This document shows positions 32,663 through 41,358 of a stretch of 64,000 nucleotides of DNA, piece by piece. Under the pieces are notes generated by a model. That model made no database searches and had not been told where the DNA came from. It saw nothing but the letters and a program-made list of their open reading frames with translations. Numbering within the stretch: the first letter of the stretch is position 1; each line of letters starts with the position of its first letter. Source of the DNA: Ruminococcus flavefaciens (lineage in GTDB: Bacteria; Bacillota; Clostridia; Oscillospirales; Ruminococcaceae); contig CACWHY010000007.1 of assembly GCA_902760805.1 (NCBI GenBank), positions 9,588 to 73,587 on the forward strand, in the 5' to 3' direction. The translations under genes were made by a program, and so were the position numbers.

Positions 32663-33844
32663 ATGAAGAGTTTCGTCAAAAGAGCAGCTGCTACAGCCGT
32701 GGGCTGTACAATGCTCGTGTCGTCTACAGGAATGACCGCTTCGGCGGTGGGAATGACCTATCCTGCTAGCGATTCCTATAAGAGCGGCGTTTACTTTAAG
32801 AATATTTCCGCAGTTCAGCTTACAGGAGATCAGCGTGTTGACATCGTGGCAGTTGCGCAGTCTCAGCTGGGCTATCATGAGGGCAGCAACGCCAATGACC
32901 TTTCCGGAAATTCCAACGGCTCCGGAAACTTCACAGAGTATGGCAAGAGAGCCGGAAACGTGAGCATGGGCTGGTGTGCCGCATTTGTCTCTTGGTGCGC
33001 AGACCAGGCCAGAGTCCCGTCAAGCATCATCAAGCGCCAATATACGGCCGATAACATCACCAAGCAGTCCAAGACCGGACTCTTCGGCGGCACATTCAAG
33101 GCCTACGGTACATATATCCCAAAGCCCGGCGATATCGTATACTGGGATACCAATGAGCCTCTGAACAACAATTCCGACCACGTTGAGATAGTCGTTGCGG
33201 TCAGCGGCTCGACTATCACCTCAATCGGCGGAAATTCCTCAGATAAGGTCAAGACCCACACTGTGGATCTTTCTTCCAGCGACGGCTTCTCGTATTTCCA
33301 CATTTTAGGCTTTGAGGTGCCGAATTATACAAGTTCTGCGGCTGCGACTACAACGACTACGACAGTCACAACGACAGTCACAACGACTACGGAAACGACA
33401 ACTACTGTTCCCGTGACGACAGAGCCGCCTTTTGAGCCTGAATACTCCTACGGAGATGTGGACGGCGACGGAACTGTAGACGCATCAGACGCTTCACTGC
33501 TCCTAGCCGAGTACGCTGCACGTCAGACAAATACCGCTAACGAGATTGCTGAAGAGGCCTCTCAGTATGCCGATATCGACGGCGACGGCTTCGTAGATGC
33601 AACTGACGCATCTATCGTTCTGCAATACTACTCTTATGTGCAGACCGGCGGCGATTCGGCTCTGGCCGATTACATGGAGAACATTTACTCCGCAGAGCCT
33701 GAGACAGAGGACCCGACTGAGGAGGAGCCTCCTGCCCAGCCTTCTGAGGAAGAACTTGCAGACCGACCCTCCGACCAGGACAGCGAAACTGAGCTGATTG
33801 AGGACAAGCCTGAGTTGAACACTGAGGAACAGCTCCAGGAATGA
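32663..33844 (+). CDS. secreted CHAP-domain (peptidoglycan amidase/peptidase) protein with a Thr-rich linker and a dockerin
   Basis: Signal peptide, CHAP catalytic Cys context GWCAAFVSWC and His context SDHVEIVVAV. Linker TTTTTTVTTTVTTTTETTTTVPVTTE. Dockerin repeats DVDGDGTVDASDASLLLAEYA and DIDGDGFVDATDASIVLQYYS. Acidic tail. Confidence 0.85.
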   Translation: MKSFVKRAAATAVGCTMLVSSTGMTASAVGMTYPASDSYKSGVYFKNISAVQLTGDQRVDIVAVAQSQLGYHEGSNANDLSGNSNGSGNFTEYGKRAGNVSMGWCAAFVSWCADQARVPSSIIKRQYTADNITKQSKTGLFGGTFKAYGTYIPKPGDIVYWDTNEPLNNNSDHVEIVVAVSGSTITSIGGNSSDKVKTHTVDLSSSDGFSYFHILGFEVPNYTSSAAATTTTTTVTTTVTTTTETTTTVPVTTEPPFEPEYSYGDVDGDGTVDASDASLLLAEYAARQTNTANEIAEEASQYADIDGDGFVDATDASIVLQYYSYVQTGGDSALADYMENIYSAEPETEDPTEEEPPAQPSEEELADRPSDQDSETELIEDKPELNTEEQLQE

Positions 33845-33872
33845 TCTCCCAGAGACAAAGCTGAAAAAACGT

Positions 33873-33916
33873 AATGTCTTTCCTCTGCTGAAAAGCGGGG
33901 GAAAGACATTTTTTCT
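33873..33916 (+). terminator. intrinsic terminator after the CHAP-dockerin gene
   Basis: 11-bp stem aatgtctttcc...ggaaagacatt followed by TTTTT. Confidence 0.75.
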
Positions 33917-33936
33917 CAAAAACTTGAAAAAAGTCC

Positions 33937-33965
33937 TTGACAAAGCCGGGGAGGCGTGATATAAT
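33937..33965 (+). promoter_or_regulatory. promoter of the rpsF-ssb-rpsR operon
   Basis: TTGACA-17 nt-TATAAT. Confidence 0.6.
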
Positions 33966-34001
33966 ATTTAGGTATCGTGTTTATGCGATATTATTATCCT
34001 T

Positions 34002-34022
34002 GCCCGCAGTTGGTTGCCGGGC
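34002..34022 (+). promoter_or_regulatory. hairpin in the rpsF 5' UTR (possible S6:S18 autoregulatory leader)
   Basis: GCCCG-11 nt-CGGGC hairpin, about 27 nt before the rpsF ATG. Assignment to the described rpsF leader motif is a guess based on position. Confidence 0.3.
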
Positions 34023-34048
34023 ATGATCCCAGAAGGAGGTGTACAGAA

Positions 34049-34342
34049 ATGGCAAAGGTATCCGCTAAGTATGAAGTAATGGTCGTTTTCAGCATGAAGA
34101 ACGGTGAGGAGGCTATGAAGGCTCTCGTTGAGAAGTTCAAGGAGAGGATCGAGCGTCACGCCGAGGCTGTTGAAGTCAACGAGGATTGGGGCAAGCGCAA
34201 GCTCGCTTATCCTATCGAGGACGAGACAGAGGGCTACTATGTTATCTACACATTTGAGTCTAAGCCCGATTACCCTGCTGAGCTGACAAGACGTCTGAAC
34301 ATCACAGACGGTATTCTTCGTTCACTCGTAACTGTTCTCTAA
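34049..34342 (+). CDS. rpsF: 30S ribosomal protein S6
   Basis: MAKVSAKYEVMVVF...WGKRKLAYPI. RBS GGAGGTG. The ORF-track N-terminal extension is rejected. Confidence 0.9.
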   Translation: MAKVSAKYEVMVVFSMKNGEEAMKALVEKFKERIERHAEAVEVNEDWGKRKLAYPIEDETEGYYVIYTFESKPDYPAELTRRLNITDGILRSLVTVL

Positions 34343-34371
34343 GCCATACCATTTTCTGAAAGGAGAAAGCC

Positions 34372-34899
34372 ATGAATAAAGTCATTTTAGTTGGAAGACT
34401 TACAGCAGACCCGGTTCTTAGACAGACACAGAGCGGGATTTCATCTTGCAGATTTACTGTGGCTGTGAATAGAAGAACTGCTGATAAGAATACAGGCGAG
34501 CGTCAGGCAGATTTCATCAATTGTACTGCATGGCGTCAGACAGCTGAGTTTATTTCCCGCTATTTCAGCAAGGGCAAGCTCATCGCTGTTGAAGGAAATC
34601 TCCGTACAGGCAGCTATACCGATAAGAACCACCCCGATGTTACCCACTATACCACTGATGTATTCGTTGATAACGTTGAGTTCGTGGGCGGAAAGTCTGA
34701 GTCCGGCGGAAACGGCGGAAATCAGAACTATAATAACGGCGGCTACAATAACGGCGGCTATAACGCTGGCAATAACGGCTTTCAGGCTCCTCCTGCACAG
34801 TCTGCTCCTTCGCAGCCTGCGCCTCAGAATAATGATATGTCCTACGGCAATCTCAGTGATTTCGAGGAGATCCTCAGCGACGGAGATGTTCCGTTCTAA
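34372..34899 (+). CDS. ssb: single-stranded DNA-binding protein
   Basis: OB fold MNKVILVGRLTADPVLRQT, a Gly/Asn/Gln-rich linker and the acidic tail DGDVPF. Confidence 0.92.
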   Translation: MNKVILVGRLTADPVLRQTQSGISSCRFTVAVNRRTADKNTGERQADFINCTAWRQTAEFISRYFSKGKLIAVEGNLRTGSYTDKNHPDVTHYTTDVFVDNVEFVGGKSESGGNGGNQNYNNGGYNNGGYNAGNNGFQAPPAQSAPSQPAPQNNDMSYGNLSDFEEILSDGDVPF

Positions 34900-34938
34900 A
34901 AAACTGATCTATACTTTATATGAATAGGAGGAATAGTC

Positions 34939-35181
34939 ATGGAAAAGGAGAGAAATTCCCGTCCTTCCAAGAAGCCCCGCAAGAAGGTTTGTATGTTCTG
35001 TGCGGACAGGATCGAGAGAATCGATTATAAGGACATCACAAAGCTCAGAAAGTGCATGACTGAGAGAGCAAAGATCCTTCCCAGACGTGTAACTGGCACC
35101 TGCGCTTTCCATCAGCGTGAGCTCACAGTTGCTATCAAGAGAGCAAGACACATCGCTCTTCTCCCTTATGTAAGCGACTAA
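34939..35181 (+). CDS. rpsR: 30S ribosomal protein S18
   Basis: [17 protein letters not shown]...[32 protein letters not shown]. Confidence 0.92.
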   Translation: MEKERNSRPSKKPRKKVCMFCADRIERIDYKDITKLRKCMTERAKILPRRVTGTCAFHQRELTVAIKRARHIALLPYVSD

Positions 35182-35193
35182 TAATGATAAATA

Positions 35194-35221
35194 GGGAGAC
35201 CGCTTCAGGTCTCCCTTTTTT
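35194..35221 (+). terminator. intrinsic terminator after rpsR
   Basis: gggagacc-gcttca-ggtctccc followed by TTTTTT. Confidence 0.85.
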
Positions 35222-35266
35222 ACAGCTATGTACGCTCCTGCGGCATCATCAGGAGCGTTAATGGGG

Positions 35267-35485
35267 TCAGTGGTCTGCGGTGTTGTATGAGAGCTCCTCG
35301 CTTCTCCGGAAGAGAAGTGAGATGCACCAGACAGCGGAAATGGCTACAAGGATGTAGACCGTCCGTGCCAGAAGGCTCCCTGCGCCGCCGAAAAGCCACG
35401 CAACCAGGTCGAATTCAAAGATCCCGACCAGTCCCCAGTTTATCCCTCCGATTATCAGAAGGATAAGCGCAAGTTTGTCCCACAT
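35267..35485 (-). CDS. DUF378 family small membrane protein
   Basis: LILLIIGGINWGLVGIFEFDLVAWLFGG is the hallmark DUF378 pattern. Confidence 0.75.
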   Translation of the reverse strand: MWDKLALILLIIGGINWGLVGIFEFDLVAWLFGGAGSLLARTVYILVAISAVWCISLLFRRSEELSYNTADH

Positions 35486-35593
35486 ATTGTGAACACCCCT
35501 TTATTAAGGATCGTTTCGGGAAGCACTGCTGTTTGTGCGTCCTGAGTATATTATGGCGCAGTTTTTCTGCGGTATTCAGGGAATTTTTGACAG

Positions 35594-35617
35594 AAAAAAG
35601 CGCCCCTTGCGGAGCGC
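35594..35617 (-). terminator. intrinsic terminator after the HPr-like gene
   Basis: Minus strand GCGCTCC-GCAA-GGGGCGC followed by TTTTTT. Confidence 0.7.
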
Positions 35618-35638
35618 TCCTCTGTGTTTTACCTTAGA

Positions 35639-35869
35639 TCACTTTACGATGTACTTGCTGATCTCCTTGAGGAAATCCTCGGCATCGTCTGTGTGAGCAT
35701 TGAGCTGGATAGGCTTAGAGAGGTCAAGGCTGAATATACCCATAATCGACTTAGCATCTACAGCGTATCTGCCGGAAACAAGATCAATGTCGAAATCGTA
35801 CTTCATCACGATGTTTACGAAATCCTTGACATCGTTGATCGCCTGAAGTGAAACAGTAGCATTAGTCAT
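35639..35869 (-). CDS. HPr-like protein lacking the His15 phosphorylation site
   Basis: 76 aa. YAVDAKSIMGIFSLDLSKP aligns with the HPr Ser46 region K-S-I-M-G. There is no GIHARPA-type His motif near the N-terminus. RBS GGAGG. Confidence 0.65.
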   Translation of the reverse strand: MTNATVSLQAINDVKDFVNIVMKYDFDIDLVSGRYAVDAKSIMGIFSLDLSKPIQLNAHTDDAEDFLKEISKYIVK

Positions 35870-36144
35870 GGTGTTTACCTCCTTCAAATAGTTGGGTGGT
35901 TGTTTTTTATCGTTTATTTCTTCTTCTGCGGCTTTTCCTGACCGCAATAACATAATAACACTAAAAAATCCCGATGTCAAGCCATTTACGGCAATTTCGT
36001 CAATTTAGTATAATATAGATATGCTTTTTGTCAGTTATTTTATTGATAACGGAGAGCTGTTAGAGTTGCATAAATACCTATGGTTATATTTGTGCAAAAT
36101 ATACATGAAACTCCTGCGAAAGAACTGTGTTGAGAAGGTGAAAT

Positions 36145-37452
36145 ATGTACAAGGTTTTTTTCATGACCTTTGGCTGCAAGGTCAACCAATATGAGACTGA
36201 ATGTCTTCGGAGCGCTTTTGCGGAGCTGGGCTTTTCCGAGAGCCCTTCACCGGAGGAGTCTGACGTGATCGTGGTCAATTCCTGCACGGTGACAAGCTCC
36301 GGCGACACAAGATCTGTTCACGGCCTTAGGAAGATGCGCAGAGCAGCTCCCGGATCTGTGATCGTGCTCACAGGCTGTATGCCTCAGGCTGACCCGGAGA
36401 TCTCGGCAAAGCTCCCGGAGGCCGACATAATCACCGGCACCAAGGACCGCTCCCGGATCCCGGAGCTGGCTCTGGAGGTCCTCAATGAGCGCAGAAGGAT
36501 AGTGGAGATAGGGGAGTACACCTCCCACGACCTCTTTGAGGTGGCGGAATACCGCAGTTCCTTCGGCCAGACCCGTGCTTTCATGAAGATCCAGGACGGC
36601 TGCAACTGCTTCTGTTCCTACTGCATGATCCCCTACGCTCGGGGGCGCTGCCGGTCAAAGCCCATGGAGGACATTCGCCGTGAGGCCGATATGCTGGCCT
36701 CTGCCGGCCACAAGGAGATCGTGCTTGTGGGGATAAATCTTGCCTTCTACGGCGCAGAATGGGGGCTTCGCCTGGCTGACGCTGTGGAGGAGGTCTGCAA
36801 GACTGAGGGCATCCAGCGTGTGAGGCTGGGCTCTCTGGAGCCTGAGATGCTCCTGACCGGCGACCTTGAGCGCCTTGCTGCCCAGAAGAAGCTCTGTCCG
36901 CAGTTCCACCTGTCCCTGCAAAGTGGCTGCGGAAGGACCCTAAAGGCCATGAACAGGCGCTATACACCGGAGGAATATCTGGCTGTGACTGAGCAGATCC
37001 GCAGACTTTTCCATGACTGCGCCTTCACCACCGACGTAATGGTGGGCTTCCCGGAGGAGACCGAAGAGGACTTTGCGGAGTCCATGGCTTTTGTCCGGAA
37101 GATCGGCTTTTCCAAGGTACACGTCTTCCAGTATTCCCCAAGGAAGGGCACCCCTGCTGCGGCTATGGAGCAGGTCCCCGAGCCGGTGAAGGCTGAACGT
37201 GCCGCCCGCATGAGAGCTCTGGGGGAGGAGCTTGCCCTTGAGCACCACAAAAACCTGGTGGGAAGGACCCTTCCCGTACTCTTTGAGAAGGAGGACAGCC
37301 CCGATTTCCACCGTGGATGCGCTCCGGATCACACGTTAATAAAAATTTCTCGAAAAAATCCGAAAAAAAGTTTGCGTAATCAGATAATTAGTGTTATAAT
37401 AGAAGAGAGCTTTTCCGATCACTGCTTCGGCAGGACTGCGGAAAAGGAATAA
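36145..37452 (+). CDS. mtaB: radical SAM methylthiotransferase, MtaB-like (tRNA ms2t6A)
   Basis: N-terminal MTTase domain FMTFGCKVNQYE, radical SAM CNCFCSYCMIPYARG and a C-terminal TRAM-like region. The MtaB versus MiaB/RimO choice is by overall resemblance. Confidence 0.75.
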   Translation: MYKVFFMTFGCKVNQYETECLRSAFAELGFSESPSPEESDVIVVNSCTVTSSGDTRSVHGLRKMRRAAPGSVIVLTGCMPQADPEISAKLPEADIITGTKDRSRIPELALEVLNERRRIVEIGEYTSHDLFEVAEYRSSFGQTRAFMKIQDGCNCFCSYCMIPYARGRCRSKPMEDIRREADMLASAGHKEIVLVGINLAFYGAEWGLRLADAVEEVCKTEGIQRVRLGSLEPEMLLTGDLERLAAQKKLCPQFHLSLQSGCGRTLKAMNRRYTPEEYLAVTEQIRRLFHDCAFTTDVMVGFPEETEEDFAESMAFVRKIGFSKVHVFQYSPRKGTPAAAMEQVPEPVKAERAARMRALGEELALEHHKNLVGRTLPVLFEKEDSPDFHRGCAPDHTLIKISRKNPKKSLRNQIISVIIEESFSDHCFGRTAEKE

Positions 37453-37513
37453 GCATTGCTGACCGCTTTTGCGGTTAAAATATCACCCCTTGCGGAGAAA
37501 TGGAGAACAGAAT

Positions 37514-40500
37514 ATGTCCGTATTCAGAATTTACGCCGAAAAAAAGCCGGAGTTCGCTGTCGAGGCACAGTCCGTGCTCAGCGATATCCGTACAGCCCTG
37601 CGCCTTGAGCTCACAGGCCTGAGGATCCTCAACCGCTACGACGCTGACAAGCTCAGCGAAGAGGACTTCCGTGCGGCTATCAGCACAGTCTTCTCTGAGC
37701 CTGCGGTGGATGTTGTTTACGAGGAGATGCCTCCCGTTGCTGCCGGTGACAGAGTTTTCGCCGTGGAGTACCTTCCCGGCCAGTTCGACCAGCGTGCAGA
37801 CAGCTGTGAGCAGTGTATCCAGATCCTTCGTCAGGGCGAGCGCTGTCGTGTGAGAAATGCCAGAGTCTACATAGTTTCCGGCAATATCACCGATGCTGAG
37901 TTCGACCGGCTGAAGTCATATATCATCAACCCTGTGGAGAGCCGTGAGGCTTCACTTGCCACTGTGGATACTCTCGATACAAATTACGAGATCCCCACTA
38001 CTGTTGAGGAGCTGGAAGGCTTCATCGACCTTAACGAGAAGGGCCTTCATGCCTTCGTGGACCAGTTCGGCCTTGCTATGGACTACGACGACATTGCCTT
38101 CTGTCAGGACTATTTCCGCAACACTGAGCACCGCAACCCCACTATCACTGAGATCCGCATGATCGACACCTACTGGTCGGATCACTGCCGTCACACTACA
38201 TTCCTGACTAACGTTGAGAATGTTGACATCAAGACTCCCTATATCCGTGATACATATGATATGTACCTGAACGTTCGTGAGGAGCTGGGCAGAACGGACA
38301 AGCCCGTTACCCTCATGGACATCGGTACTCTTGCCGCTAAGAAGCTGAAGGCTGACGGCCTTCTGCCCGACCTTGACGAGAGCGAGGAGATCAATGCCTG
38401 CTCCGTAAAGATCAAGGTGGACATCGACGGCCAGCTTGAGGACTGGATCCTCATGTTCAAGAACGAGACCCACAACCACCCCACCGAGATCGAGCCCTTC
38501 GGCGGTGCGGCTACCTGCCTTGGCGGAGCTATCCGTGATCCCCTGTCAGGACGCTCCTACGTTTACCAGGCTATGCGTGTCACCGGTGCGGCTAATCCTC
38601 TTGTTCCTGTTGAGGACACCATTGCCGGCAAGCTCCCCCAGAGAAAGATCACTGTTGGTGCTGCAAACGGCTACAGCTCCTACGGTAACCAGATAGGCCT
38701 TGCTACAGGCCACGTTGCTGAGGTATACCACCCCGGCTATGTAGCAAAGCGCATGGAGATCGGCGCAGTTCTGGGCGCTGCTCCTGCTGAGAATATCCGC
38801 CGTGAGGCTCCTGTTCCGGGAGACATCGTTATCCTCCTGGGCGGAAAGACCGGTCGTGACGGCTGCGGCGGCGCTACAGGCTCCTCCAAGTCTCATACTC
38901 TTGAGTCACTGGAGAGCTGCGGAGCCGAGGTACAGAAGGGTAATCCCCCTGAGGAGAGAAAGCTCCAGAGACTGTTCCGCAACCCCGAGGTAACTAAGAT
39001 GATCAAGCGCTGCAACGACTTCGGTGCAGGCGGCGTTTCCGTGGCTATCGGCGAGCTCACAGACGGCCTTGTCATCAACCTCAACGCTGTTCCCAAGAAG
39101 TACGACGGCCTTGACGGTACTGAGATCGCTATCTCCGAGTCTCAGGAGAGAATGGCAGTAGTCATCGCTCCCGAGGATCTGGATAAGTTCCTGGCTGAGG
39201 CTGCTAAGGAAAACCTGGAGGCTACTCTGGTAGCTGACGTTGTGGCTGAGCCCAGACTGAAAATGGTTTGGAACGGCAATACTATCGTTGACCTTTCAAG
39301 AGAGTTCCTCAACTCCAACGGAGCTCCCAAGTATACAGACATCACCGTTGAGGCTCCCTCTGATGAGGAGGAGAGCATCCCTGCCGACACCGCAGAGGCT
39401 TGGACTCAGCTGCTGGGCAACCTGAACGTTTGCTCACAGAAGGGCCTCATCGAGAAGTTCGACTCCACTATCGGCGCCGGCACAGTCCTCATGCCCTTCG
39501 GCGGAGCTTACCAGATGACTCCCTCACAGGCTATGGCCGCAAAGATCCCCGTTCTCAAGGGCGAGACCAACACCTGCTCACTTATGGGCTGGGGCTTTGA
39601 TCCCAATGTTTCCGAGAAGTCACCCTACCACGGCGCAATGATGGCTGTTATCGAGTCTATCGCCAAGGTAGTTGCTGCCGGCGGTACCTATAAGAAGTGC
39701 TGGCTGACCTTCCAGGAGTATTTCGAGAGAACTCAGAACGATCCCAAGCGCTGGGGCAAGCCTATGGCTGCTCTGCTGGGAGCTTTCAAGGCTCAGCTTG
39801 AAATGGGCTGCGGCTCTATCGGCGGTAAGGACTCTATGTCCGGTACCTTCGAGAACATCGACGTTCCTCCCACACTTGTTTCCTTCGCAGTTTCTACAGC
39901 AACGGCCGACAAGGCAGTTTCCACAGAATTCAAGGGCGCAGGTGACACAGTTATCTACCTTGCTCCCGATTACGACGAGAACGGCCTGCCTGTATTCGAC
40001 AGCGTGAAGGCTGTATTCGACCAGGTAGAGCAGATCATCGCTGACGGCCGTGCAAAGGCTGTTTGGACTATCGGCTGCGGCGGAGCTGCTGAGGGTATCG
40101 CTAAAATGTGCTTCGGCAACAAGCTGGGCTTCGAGTTCAGCACAAGAATGACCGCTAAGGAGCTGTACAAGCCCTGCTACGGTGCTTTCATCATCGAGCT
40201 TGAGGGCGATGCTCAGCAGAATGAGCGTGTTATCGGTAAGACTATCGCCGATTACAAGATCAGCGCTCTGGACTACACATTCAGCTTAGAGCCTGCTCAG
40301 CGTGTATGGGAAGGCAAGCTGGAGCCCATTTTCCCCTGCCGCATAAAGACAACTACAGCTACTCCCGAGACCTACTCCTACACAGACAGGCTCCACCTGA
40401 CAGCCTCTATCAAGGCCGCTCAGCCTAAGGTGCTGATCCCTGTATTCCCCGGCACCAACTGCGAGTACGACACAGCCCGTGCCTTCGAGAAGGCCGGCGC

Positions 40501-41218
40501 ACGCACTGAGGTAGTGGTCATCCGCAACCTCTCCGCAGGCGACATCGAGGAGTCGGTACGCTACTTTGAGACAGCTATCAAGAGCTCTCAGATCATCATG
40601 ATCCCCGGCGGCTTCTCCGGTGGTGACGAGCCCGAGGGAAGCGGAAAGTTCATCACTGCCTTCTTCCGCAACCCCAAGATCAAGGACGCAGTACACGACC
40701 TGCTGAAAAACCGTGACGGCCTTATGCTGGGTATCTGCAATGGCTTCCAGGCACTGATCAAGCTGGGTCTTGTGCCCTACGGCGAGATCGTGGACATGGC
40801 TGACGATGCTCCCACACTGACCTTCAACACCATCAACCGCCACCAGTCCATGATGGTCAATACCCGTATCGCCTCCAATAAGAGCCCCTGGCTCTACGGC
40901 TGCGAGGTGGGCGACATCCACAGCATCGCTATCTCACACGGCGAGGGACGCTTCGTTGCTCCTGACCGCCTGATCCAGCAGATGGCTAAGAATGGCCAGA
41001 TCGCTACTCAGTACGTTGACCTTAACGGCGATCCTACAATGGATATCCGCTACAACCCCAACACCTCTATCGAGGCTATCGAGGGCATTACTTCTCCCGA
41101 CGGAAGAGTCCTCGGAAAGATGGGTCACTCCGAGCGTAAGGGCAGCTACATCTGCAAGAACGTTCCCGGTGAAAAGGATCAGAAGATCTTCGAGAGCGGA
41201 GTTGCGTATTTCAAATAA
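37514..41218 (+). CDS. purL: phosphoribosylformylglycinamidine synthase (single-chain large PurL)
   Basis: 1234 aa. Contains NHPTEIEPFGGAATCLGGAIRD and a C-terminal glutaminase domain with GICNGFQAL and HGEGRF. Confidence 0.92.
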   Translation: MSVFRIYAEKKPEFAVEAQSVLSDIRTALRLELTGLRILNRYDADKLSEEDFRAAISTVFSEPAVDVVYEEMPPVAAGDRVFAVEYLPGQFDQRADSCEQCIQILRQGERCRVRNARVYIVSGNITDAEFDRLKSYIINPVESREASLATVDTLDTNYEIPTTVEELEGFIDLNEKGLHAFVDQFGLAMDYDDIAFCQDYFRNTEHRNPTITEIRMIDTYWSDHCRHTTFLTNVENVDIKTPYIRDTYDMYLNVREELGRTDKPVTLMDIGTLAAKKLKADGLLPDLDESEEINACSVKIKVDIDGQLEDWILMFKNETHNHPTEIEPFGGAATCLGGAIRDPLSGRSYVYQAMRVTGAANPLVPVEDTIAGKLPQRKITVGAANGYSSYGNQIGLATGHVAEVYHPGYVAKRMEIGAVLGAAPAENIRREAPVPGDIVILLGGKTGRDGCGGATGSSKSHTLESLESCGAEVQKGNPPEERKLQRLFRNPEVTKMIKRCNDFGAGGVSVAIGELTDGLVINLNAVPKKYDGLDGTEIAISESQERMAVVIAPEDLDKFLAEAAKENLEATLVADVVAEPRLKMVWNGNTIVDLSREFLNSNGAPKYTDITVEAPSDEEESIPADTAEAWTQLLGNLNVCSQKGLIEKFDSTIGAGTVLMPFGGAYQMTPSQAMAAKIPVLKGETNTCSLMGWGFDPNVSEKSPYHGAMMAVIESIAKVVAAGGTYKKCWLTFQEYFERTQNDPKRWGKPMAALLGAFKAQLEMGCGSIGGKDSMSGTFENIDVPPTLVSFAVSTATADKAVSTEFKGAGDTVIYLAPDYDENGLPVFDSVKAVFDQVEQIIADGRAKAVWTIGCGGAAEGIAKMCFGNKLGFEFSTRMTAKELYKPCYGAFIIELEGDAQQNERVIGKTIADYKISALDYTFSLEPAQRVWEGKLEPIFPCRIKTTTATPETYSYTDRLHLTASIKAAQPKVLIPVFPGTNCEYDTARAFEKAGARTEVVVIRNLSAGDIEESVRYFETAIKSSQIIMIPGGFSGGDEPEGSGKFITAFFRNPKIKDAVHDLLKNRDGLMLGICNGFQALIKLGLVPYGEIVDMADDAPTLTFNTINRHQSMMVNTRIASNKSPWLYGCEVGDIHSIAISHGEGRFVAPDRLIQQMAKNGQIATQYVDLNGDPTMDIRYNPNTSIEAIEGITSPDGRVLGKMGHSERKGSYICKNVPGEKDQKIFESGVAYFK

Positions 41219-41228
41219 TGAACAGAAA

Positions 41229-41258
41229 GGGGCAGTTTCGGCTGCCCCTAAAATTTTT
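41229..41258 (+). terminator. intrinsic terminator after purL
   Basis: ggggcag-tttcgg-ctgcccc followed by TAAAATTTTT. Confidence 0.6.
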
Positions 41259-41280
41259 GTGCAAAAATTATACATTTCTA

Positions 41281-41309
41281 TTGACTTGAAAAGTAAATTG
41301 GTGTATAAT
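41281..41309 (+). promoter_or_regulatory. candidate promoter of glgA
   Basis: TTGACT-17 nt-TATAAT. Confidence 0.55.
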
Positions 41310-41358
41310 GATAGAGAGCTGTAAAACAGCAAATCTAAAAATGTAAGGAGCTGACAGC

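Noticed and set aside
33340-33420. Repetitive ACN-rich DNA (acagtcacaacg x2 and neighbours) in the CHAP-dockerin gene.
   Set aside because: It encodes the Thr-rich interdomain linker typical of cellulosomal and surface proteins. It is not an independent repeat element.
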